Source: Chitinophagales bacterium
Lineage (GTDB): Bacteria > Bacteroidota > Bacteroidia > Chitinophagales > JADIYW01
Direction: 5' to 3'
DNA: 64,000 nucleotides
Assembly: GCA_046329805.1 (NCBI GenBank)
Contig: JAXLUA010000001.1
Span: 86,542-150,541, forward strand
Within the stretch, counting starts at the first letter, position 1; each line of letters starts with the position of its first letter. Both the position numbers and the translations under genes were made by a program. Positions 48,998 to 57,600 of this stretch are shown here, piece after piece. The notes below the pieces were generated by a model, which had not been told where the DNA came from, ran no database searches, and was given only the letters and a program-made list of their open reading frames with translations.

Positions 48998-49029
48998 ATA
49001 TGCGACAAGGGCGACACCATAGTCAGGGA
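48998..49029 (+). repeat. 32-bp conserved core repeat, copy 1
   Basis: atatgcgacaagggcgacaccatagtcaggga is identical to 49130-49161. It contains the internal direct repeat GCGACA-N3-GCGACA. Confidence 0.9.
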
Positions 49030-49129
49030 AATTATTGAATCACTCATACAGTCTTCTGAACTATATGCGACCAATGCAATGAAGCAGTCTGGGTATTCAA
49101 CGATATACTCATATTATTTAACAGAAGAA

Positions 49130-49161
49130 ATATGCGACAAGGGCGACACCATAGTCAGGGA
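49130..49161 (+). repeat. 32-bp conserved core repeat, copy 2
   Basis: Identical to copy 1, 132 bp downstream. The flanks are related but diverged with indels (TTTAACA...core...ATTATT(G/A)A). A third partial ATATGCGAC lies at 49063-49071. Confidence 0.9.
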
Positions 49162-49465
49162 TATACATGGATTATTAAGTCCACAATTTTCTCATATAGT
49201 AAAAGAACCTATTTGAGTAATAGTATACACGAATTAAAATATTTGTCAAGTGTTTTTAGATGTGTTTAAAGTAGCCTAAAAAGCCTTATAAATTATGAAC
49301 GAAAATCTACAACAACAATTTACAAGAGGTAATACCGAAGAATTATCGAACAGAATTTACTTACAAGATGATTCGTGATATACTCGAATCATTAGTGTTT
49401 CTATTGGTAAATAGTCGCACAAAATCTCTTTTCATAGTTCTTTTTAAAAATTAAAAATTTTAGCA

Positions 49466-50602
49466 ATGAAAAATAATCAATTAACAACGACTACATTCCA
49501 GTCAAACGATATTGATCTGGACGAAAAAATGTCTAAACTCAAAGATGAGTTAGATACACTCCATCATCAGTTTTTAGAGAAAGTTCCTTTTGATGCTTCG
49601 AGCCTTGCATATAGTAATCTGCCAACACAGGATGCAGATAAAATAGAGCCATACATCACTAAGATAAAAGGGTTTTATTCTCGCTTACGCAACGACATAC
49701 CACAAAAAGTACAAGGTTCTTTACAACTTGTGTATGGTGCTTTTGATATGACACCTTTGGATGAACAGTTAAAGAAACTGGAACAACAGAAAATAATTAC
49801 TGAAAGGGAAAAGAATCATCTCAAAGATGAATTGAAACAACGACCCAAGCCACGAGATATTAGTCAGTACAAATGGACCAAGGTGTTGTTAGGATTTCTT
49901 GCATTCTTTGATGTAATGTCTATGATTGCATCATTCATGGGTACGTTTCAAGAAAACTACCTCTTCGCCATTGTTCTCGGAATTACTATAGGTCTTTCAC
50001 TTATCTACTTCACTAAATCATTGGTATTGCACATTAGAGATACACCTCAAACAAAAACCTCACTTGCCGTTAAATGGGCATCGGTTATTTTACTCTTACT
50101 CATTTCGATATTCATAGGAGGACTACGATATGTTCAATCCACCGATGATGGCACAGTCCATCAGGCAACACTGTATTCCAACCCTTTTGTATTCATTGTC
50201 TTTAACCTGCTCATAGTAGCGACAACAGCGTTCATCGTGTACACGAAAGTACCAAGCGAGAAAGATATACAGGAATATTTGGCGTATAAAAAATGTGAAG
50301 ATGAAATTATTCAGAAAGAGCAAGAGATAAAACAGATTGATAAGGATATGGAGGATATAAAACTAAAGAAGTCCATTACTGCCAAATATCGTTTACAACT
50401 TCGCCACTATCAGAAAATCTTTTATGAACGCATACAGGCGATGTATGAACAGGCAGTAGGCGAGTTTATTATCGCCAATTTAAAAGGGCGCACCGATGGC
50501 AAGAACCCTCTTTGCTTTACGCTCCCACTTGCTCCGCTTAGCATTTCAAATGAAGATGAAATAATTGATAACGTATTAAAACACCACAACGATGAAAACT
50601 AA
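49466..50602 (+). CDS. hypothetical membrane protein (coiled-coil / 4 TM / coiled-coil)
   Basis: 378 aa. Four hydrophobic helices (VLLGFLAFFDVMSMIASFM, LFAIVLGITIGLSLIYF, WASVILLLLISIFIGGL, FVFIVFNLLIVATTAFIVY) are flanked by charged heptad-like regions. It is the first long ORF downstream of the sigma-54 promoter. Confidence 0.6.
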   Translation: MKNNQLTTTTFQSNDIDLDEKMSKLKDELDTLHHQFLEKVPFDASSLAYSNLPTQDADKIEPYITKIKGFYSRLRNDIPQKVQGSLQLVYGAFDMTPLDEQLKKLEQQKIITEREKNHLKDELKQRPKPRDISQYKWTKVLLGFLAFFDVMSMIASFMGTFQENYLFAIVLGITIGLSLIYFTKSLVLHIRDTPQTKTSLAVKWASVILLLLISIFIGGLRYVQSTDDGTVHQATLYSNPFVFIVFNLLIVATTAFIVYTKVPSEKDIQEYLAYKKCEDEIIQKEQEIKQIDKDMEDIKLKKSITAKYRLQLRHYQKIFYERIQAMYEQAVGEFIIANLKGRTDGKNPLCFTLPLAPLSISNEDEIIDNVLKHHNDEN

Positions 50603-51323
50603 AATCATACTCGGCATAGGCTTCTTAGCCCTACTCATTAGCATGGGTATATATTTCCTGATACCAATTTTTAAAACCCAAATACATGGTAGCGAAATAA
50701 CCGTCTTCATTGACAAGACCGATGTACAGAAAGAACAATTGAAAGTGAATGATATTGTTTCGCTACTCGATATAGATAAACATATATGGCAACGAAATAA
50801 AGTGGAACTGCAAACGCTGTCTAATTTTCAATATAATAATGTTCAGGAAAAAGAATTGCCCTTTGCTTTTTTCTTGGTATCTAATCCGAAGAAACGAAAG
50901 AAAGACATACAACAATTCAAGACAGAGTTAGATTCAGCTTTACAATCCATATACGACATAGATAGCGGACGTACACGATCCTCAATATATGAGCCAATAG
51001 TAAGAACGCTTAATGCCGTATCACAATCAAAGGCGCACAAAAAGATACTAATTGTTCAATCTGATTTACAAGAAAACACGCAAATATTTAGTGTGTACAG
51101 AGAAAGTGATTATCTCCTATTACAGAGAAACCGGGAACAAATTATTGAGCGATTTACCAAAGTACTTGCACTTCAAAACATACAGGATATTGAGGTATAT
51201 CTGATTTATCAACCCAAATCAGATGCCGACAATGACAGGTTTATTCTTATGGCAAACCTGTTTAAGGAAATACTGGAACAGAAAGGGGCAATCGTTCATA
51301 TTGGTTCAAATATAGTCATTTAA
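50592..51323 (+). CDS. hypothetical membrane-anchored protein (possible vWA/Rossmann-like alpha/beta domain)
   Basis: 243 aa with an N-terminal TM (IILGIGFLALLISMGIYFLIPIF). An 11-bp overlap with the upstream ORF indicates translational coupling. The beta-alpha pattern ITVFIDKTD...KKILIVQSDLQEN...IEVYLIYQP is only suggestive. Confidence 0.55.
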   Translation: MKTKIILGIGFLALLISMGIYFLIPIFKTQIHGSEITVFIDKTDVQKEQLKVNDIVSLLDIDKHIWQRNKVELQTLSNFQYNNVQEKELPFAFFLVSNPKKRKKDIQQFKTELDSALQSIYDIDSGRTRSSIYEPIVRTLNAVSQSKAHKKILIVQSDLQENTQIFSVYRESDYLLLQRNREQIIERFTKVLALQNIQDIEVYLIYQPKSDADNDRFILMANLFKEILEQKGAIVHIGSNIVI

Positions 51324-51335
51324 AATAGGTTGCCA

Positions 51336-51485
51336 TGAAGTCAGATAGTGTATTTATAGACTTGCTTTTTGCTGTACTAAAAACAATAGGCAGAACGTTC
51401 TTATTAACGCTTTACCTCGCAGGTCGCATCATTCAATTCATCATCATACATCTAAATCTATGGATCGAAACATTACTCAAATAAT
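51336..51485 (+). CDS. possible small membrane protein (49 aa), not in the ORF track
   Basis: ATG at 51336. Translation MKSDSVFIDLLFAVLKTIGRTFLLTLYLAGRIIQFIIIHLNLWIETLLK is mostly hydrophobic. It overlaps the T4CP start by 26 nt in another frame. Confidence 0.3.
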
Positions 51486-52923
51486 GGAAGAAATAGGCGA
51501 ACAGGTATCGCATTTCATCCGCAACTATGTAATTCCAATCATACAGGAATTCTTTTACACCGTATCAAGAGGAATAGACGGTATAGTAGAAGTATTGTCG
51601 TCAAAGAATCATTCATATAAAGCCGAGTTTATAACCTATGACGAAATACTAATGAAGTCTAATAGAGGTTTCTGTTTAGATGGCAGAAACTGCCTTGCTC
51701 GTTCAGAACCAAATGTATTGGTATGCGCTCCGTCAGGTGCAGGAAAGTCAACAGTCATTAGTATTCCATCACTTTTGAAAATTGATGGTTCTGTGATTTG
51801 CAATGATCCATCTATGGAACAATACCATAAGACGGCAGGGTATTTAATTTCAAAAGGATATAATGTTGAAGTGCTTAATTTCGCACAAATAACCAACACC
51901 TTTTACAACCCCATTTCGCAAATACATAATACAGCCGATGCACAAAAGATAGCAGGGATGTTAGTGAGAAATGTGTTACAGAACCCGGGCGATCCGTTTT
52001 GGAATTTAAGTGCGACAAACTTAATCGCACTATCCATACGCATACTGTTACGACATGAGAAACAGTATAGAAACTTCGCTAATGTTCGCCATCTCATACA
52101 ACTCCTTACCTTTGAGCCAAAATCAGTAGATGCGTTAGTCGCACAAACCAATGCCCAGGATATTATTGCAGACTACAAAAGTTTCATCGCACAAGACACC
52201 AAACTTCGCACTTCTATCATAGCAACGGCCATGAGTGCTTTACAAATCTTTGCCGATCCTATTGTCGCCAAAGTAACAAGCAAAGATACCTTAGATTTAG
52301 AATCTATACGAAAGCGAAAAACAGTCATATTCATTCACTCATCAACAAGTGACATGAAATATTACTCCACACTTATAAGCATCTTCTTTGAGCAGACTAC
52401 TAAAGTGATTATGTCTAAACTGCCTGAAAAAGAAGATAACTATGTATTCTTTATTTTAGATGAGTTGAGCAGTATGTATCTGCCATCGCTTGAAATAGTC
52501 ATAGCCAATATTCGTAAGTATAAAGGTTCACTACTTTGTATTCTGCAATCGTTCCAACAGTTAATCAATATATACGGCAGAGAACAAGCAAATGCTATTA
52601 GAATGAACTGTTTTGCTAAGGTGTATATGGCAGGGTTAGATCATACCACCGCCTCTGAATTAAGCCAACAGTTGGGTAAATATGAGTGGATTGATGAAGA
52701 AACAGGCAAAAAGCACATCAGGGAATTAGCAACACCGGATGAAGTAAGAATGTTGCCTCGTGATAAAGCAATACTTATTTGTGGTAATTACAATCCTATG
52801 AAACTTACACTTACACCCTATTACAACAATCCATTTCTTAAACTGCGAACAGAAATACCGATACCATATACCAATACTGCCATAGATGAAACGCCTGTTG
52901 AACTCATAACCAATGATGAATAA
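51460..52923 (+). CDS. type IV secretion coupling protein (TraG/TraD/VirD4 family ATPase)
   Basis: Walker A VCAPSGAGKST. Walker B VFFILDELSSM. 487 aa. It is adjacent to relaxase genes. No N-terminal TM segment is present in this ORF. Confidence 0.8.
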   Translation: MDRNITQIMEEIGEQVSHFIRNYVIPIIQEFFYTVSRGIDGIVEVLSSKNHSYKAEFITYDEILMKSNRGFCLDGRNCLARSEPNVLVCAPSGAGKSTVISIPSLLKIDGSVICNDPSMEQYHKTAGYLISKGYNVEVLNFAQITNTFYNPISQIHNTADAQKIAGMLVRNVLQNPGDPFWNLSATNLIALSIRILLRHEKQYRNFANVRHLIQLLTFEPKSVDALVAQTNAQDIIADYKSFIAQDTKLRTSIIATAMSALQIFADPIVAKVTSKDTLDLESIRKRKTVIFIHSSTSDMKYYSTLISIFFEQTTKVIMSKLPEKEDNYVFFILDELSSMYLPSLEIVIANIRKYKGSLLCILQSFQQLINIYGREQANAIRMNCFAKVYMAGLDHTTASELSQQLGKYEWIDEETGKKHIRELATPDEVRMLPRDKAILICGNYNPMKLTLTPYYNNPFLKLRTEIPIPYTNTAIDETPVELITNDE

Positions 52924-52926
52924 CAT

Positions 52927-53499
52927 ATGCGGAAAATAAGACGAAATACGAAGTTGTGGCTTTATTTGTATCAATCAGGCGTTCTTGCATCTAATAATGA
53001 AACCTTGATTAAACAAAAGGTACATGAGTACTGGAAACTCTATGATAAGGAACGGAAGAAGCGTAAACGTGCGATTAAAACAGAATTTACGATATCCTTT
53101 ACCAAAGAAGAAGTAAAAGCGTTAAAATACGTTGCGTTGAATGTAGGATTAACAATACCTGACTACATCAAACAGTTGGTATATACCAATATAAAAACAC
53201 ATCCATTCACACCATACGCACAAACGATTAAGCATATTGAACAACTACTTATCCATTACAAGAACAAGATAAACGACATTGCCAAGAAAGAGGTAAAGAA
53301 CTTCTTAGGTATGAGTAAAAATTATGATCTACTTACTGCTGCTATTACAGAGATACAGACAACTATTGCTCAAACGCTTACACAAACACCAACGTTGCAA
53401 GAAACCATAAAAACAGCCTTAATGAATAACCCACTGTTTATACAAACACTCCGCCAACTTATGCAATCGTATAATGATACTCAAAAGCCTAACTCGTAA
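52927..53499 (+). CDS. relaxosome accessory protein (MobC/ribbon-helix-helix-like)
   Basis: 190 aa. The segment KRKRAIKTEFTISFTKEEVKALKYVALNVGLTIPDYIKQLV fits the RHH pattern of mobilisation accessory proteins. It overlaps the relaxase start. Confidence 0.5.
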   Translation: MRKIRRNTKLWLYLYQSGVLASNNETLIKQKVHEYWKLYDKERKKRKRAIKTEFTISFTKEEVKALKYVALNVGLTIPDYIKQLVYTNIKTHPFTPYAQTIKHIEQLLIHYKNKINDIAKKEVKNFLGMSKNYDLLTAAITEIQTTIAQTLTQTPTLQETIKTALMNNPLFIQTLRQLMQSYNDTQKPNS

Positions 53500-54373
53500 G
53501 ACAGCATCATTTAAACAGCTACTCGAATATATGGTGCATGATAAAGACCGCTACAAAGATGAACGTGGCGAATCTTTTGTAGTGCAACATAATGTAAAAG
53601 GCAAGACGATACCATCATGGGTAAAACAGTTTGAACAGAATGAAACCAACAGATTATATCAACGCTCAAATTCTGTAAAGGTATGTCACGATATTTTGAG
53701 TTGGAGTAATAAAGACACAAGTAATATGAGTTTGGAAAAGATGCAGGATATGGCAGAGAAGTATATTGAACTTCGCAATGAAAATGCCTTGTGGATTGCT
53801 GTACCACATATAGATAAAGACCACTTTCATGTTCATTTTGCTATGAGTGGAGTTGAAATTGAAACAGGGAAGTCATCACGAGTATCACGAGAACAGTTCA
53901 AAGAGATTAAGAAAGAATTACAGCAGTATCAAATTGAAAAATATCCTGAACTTACTCACTCCATTGTTGACCATGAAAAGAGCAAGAAGAAAGAACCTAT
54001 ATCAGAAAAAGAATACCAATTAACGAAACGTACTAAACAACCGAGCGAAAGGGAACGGACTAAAGAAGTACTTACTAAACTATATAGACAATCCAATTCT
54101 AAAGAAGATTTTTATAAACGCATACAAGATAATGGATTAAAGATGTACGAACGTGGTGGTAAGAACTATGGCATTGAGGGTGACAGGAAAATGCGATTTT
54201 CTACATTAGGTTTTGATGATAAAAAGATAGATACATTAGATGCTACTTTGGAATTTGAGAAATTACGGAATGATACGGAAGAAAAAGAGAAAGATAAATA
54301 CGATGATGATGGAAATGATACTGATAATAAAGATCACAGTAATGACACTGAATTAGATATGGATAAGAATTAA
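53474..54373 (+). CDS. relaxase/mobilisation nuclease (MobA/VirD2-type)
   Basis: The N-terminus MILKSLTRKTASFKQLLEYMVHDKDR is typical of the relaxase family. The histidine triad motif is VPHIDKDHFHVHFAMS. The tail is acidic and low-complexity. Confidence 0.8.
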   Translation: MILKSLTRKTASFKQLLEYMVHDKDRYKDERGESFVVQHNVKGKTIPSWVKQFEQNETNRLYQRSNSVKVCHDILSWSNKDTSNMSLEKMQDMAEKYIELRNENALWIAVPHIDKDHFHVHFAMSGVEIETGKSSRVSREQFKEIKKELQQYQIEKYPELTHSIVDHEKSKKKEPISEKEYQLTKRTKQPSERERTKEVLTKLYRQSNSKEDFYKRIQDNGLKMYERGGKNYGIEGDRKMRFSTLGFDDKKIDTLDATLEFEKLRNDTEEKEKDKYDDDGNDTDNKDHSNDTELDMDKN

Positions 54374-54659
54374 GTCATATCGTGACAGGTTTGTAGTATT
54401 AATAAATGGGAGAAATATAACGTAATTTATTTTTAAAATAAAATACTGCAAAACAAATGAGTATATATTTATAAATATCACTATGTGATATTGAGTAACA
54501 AATTTATGATAGCAGTATGTAAATAAGCATATAAATACTTGTGTATCTTAAATTCTTTCATTTATTTTGTATTGAACTAAGTTGTCTGCAATCCCTATTA
54601 GCGGTTTGTGGGCATTTTTTTTAGGTAGTAATTGATTATACTCATTTTAAATTATTTAT

Positions 54660-57600
54660 ATGCGGAAACAAACTTTAATAAAACTAATACTCACACTCGT
54701 GATCTTGTTGAATAAAATACATAGTTATGCACAAAGTACAAGTTATCAGATGTTATATAATGATGGCACTTTTACAAAGAGTATAAATACCGGTTTGCAG
54801 GTCGGTGTTGTTGATGGACAGCAAGGTACTACACAGACGGGAGCTGCAACATATACCATTCCAATAAAAGTAACTCCGGGAATAAATGGAATGGAACCTA
54901 AATTAGCAATTACATACAGTTCACAAAATGGAAATGGTTTATTAGGTGTAGGGTGGAACTTAAGTGGTCTAAGTTCAATAACATTAGATAATAGGAATAT
55001 ATATTATGATGGAAAGACTGCACCAATAAATATTGCACCAACTGTGTCGAGTGATGGGACAGCTTTTTCATTGGATGGCATGAGATTAATTGGGAGAAGT
55101 GGTACATATGGTTGGGCTGGATCAACTTATTCCACAGAATTAGAGAATTATTCTTTAATTACTGCTCAAGGTGTTGCTAATGCAAGTTGTGGTTGTCCTT
55201 TAAATTTTAATATTAAAACAAAAGATGGATTAAGTATGGATTATGGTGATAATGGAAGCAATCCAGATGCTCTCATACTTTCATATGGTAATTCATACCC
55301 AATAATGTGGCGTTTAAAAAGAACAACAGATAACAATGGAAATTACATAGATTATAAGTATTCTATTACGACTGACGGTGAATCTAAAATTGATGAGATT
55401 AATTATACAGGAAACTCTACAAATAATGTGGCAACTCCATTTGCCAAAGTAAAATTTATCTATTCTGAACGTTCAGATCCAAATATAATGTATGTAGTTG
55501 GTTCCAATTCAACGAATGCAACGACATTAAAGAGTAAATGGCTGTTAGATAAAATAATAATAACTTCCGATGCACAAACGGTAAAAACATACAAGTTTAA
55601 TTATGCCTTTGATGGTATTTATTCTGTATTACAAGAAGTTAAAGAAATTGGGTCTGATAATACAGAATTAAACTCTACCATTCTTAGGTACGGAAATCCA
55701 AAAGAATTGGATGCAGCAAACTCTAATGTTGTTTCAACAACAACTAATAATATTAGTACTACTAATTCGGATAATTTCACAGGTGATTTTGACGGAGATG
55801 GGTACACTGATATTTTAACTGCTTATTACACATCTCCTACATTGCGACAATATACAAGTATCAAAATATTTAGAAAGATTCCCAATACAAACAATTTTCA
55901 AGATATATATACTTATAATTTACCATCAACGATTAATATTTCTGGTACTAATTACCCGGCTTTTAGATATATAAACGTAGCTGATTATGATGGGGATGGG
56001 AAAAGTGATATTATGTTTGATAACTATTATTCTGCAAGTATTCCCAATTCATCTGCTTACGTTTTTATTTCTGGGAAGTATTCAAATACGGCTTTAATGA
56101 GCACGTGTACAAATAGTAGTTATGGTTTTAGTGTTAATGAATACAATAACTTAACAAACCTTGGTGTTTTTGGAAGCTGTTCAGCTAGTATTTATGGGGC
56201 TACTGAATCTGCATCAACGACAGTGCGAAGCCAGTTTATTAATGGAGATTTTGACGGAGATGGAGCAACCGATATTATTACAACATTATTCAATGTTGGT
56301 GTTAATGCCCCTTCTCAAGGAAACAGAACATTTATTACAAGAATTAATACTAATGAATTTTATTCTCCAATTAAATTAAATTCGACAGGTAGCTATTCCG
56401 ATCTTGGTGACCTTTGCGCTACTTATAAGCCTGTTGCAGTGGCTGATTTTGATGGGGACGGTAAAGACGAAATATTATTAGAAAATGGAATGATTCTCTT
56501 TTTTAGAAAAAATAGTAGTAATCAATGGGAATGCGGTACCATTATGTCGCCTATTAGTTCTACAGACAAGGTTTATTGTGGTGATTTTAATGGAGATGGA
56601 AAGACTGATATTTTAAGAGGTAGCAAATACGCTTGGGGTTTTAATGATTGGAAAGTATTTTATAGTAAAGGATATGGTTTTGATTCCTTATCAATGTCTA
56701 TGCAAAGTATGGCTTTTGACCAGACGTTAGATTATAAGAATATGAAGATTATTATTGGCGATTTTAATGGAGATGGAAAAGCTGATATAATACAACAGGT
56801 AATTCCAATGATACAGGTTTCACAAACCTATTCCGCACCAGCAAATTATTCCAATTTACATATTTGCTATAGTAATGGAGTTAATTTTACTTACAGAGAT
56901 ATTACTATAAATAACAGTAATACCAATCTATACATACCCAAGATATTTGGTGATTTTGATGGTGATGGAGCTACGGATATTATATGTAGATCGGATATAT
57001 CGCATACTATAAATAGTAAACCATATATGTTCGAGAGTTTTGGAAATCAACAAAAAGAGAGATATTTACGGAAAATTATTGATGGATTTAATCGAAAAAC
57101 AGAATTTACATATAGCCCACTTACAATAGGGTTGCCATTTTACAACAATGGAAATGGACCAACATCTTATTATCTTACTACAAACTCATTGAAAATACCA
57201 ATATATGCAGTTTCAAATGTCATAACTCCTGATGGTATCGGCGGGAATATTACCACTTCATATACATATACAGATGTAGTTATGGGTAAATATCGGAAAG
57301 GATTTTTTGGATTCTCTAAGATTAATTCTCTAAACTCATTGACTAACATCAATACAGAAATTCTTTATGAAAATAATGTAAATGTTACTAATAATACAAT
57401 TACTTCTCTAATCCCAGTTAGTATTAAAGCAACGCTAAATGGCAATGTCATCTCACAAAATACATATTCATATGCATATACATTTTTAGGCAATAAAAGA
57501 TTTAAGACTGAACTTTCAAATAGCACAAGTATTGATAACGTGAATGGAAAGACTTTGAATTCTAACTATGTTTACGACGGAAATGGAAATGTTATAAATC

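Noticed and set aside
49405-49419. Second sigma-54-like motif TGGtaaatagtcGCA ~50 nt upstream of the 49466 ORF.
   Set aside because: The GG-to-GC spacing is 9 nt, not the required 10, and the -12 region lacks TTGC. The motif at 48901-48916 is a far better match.
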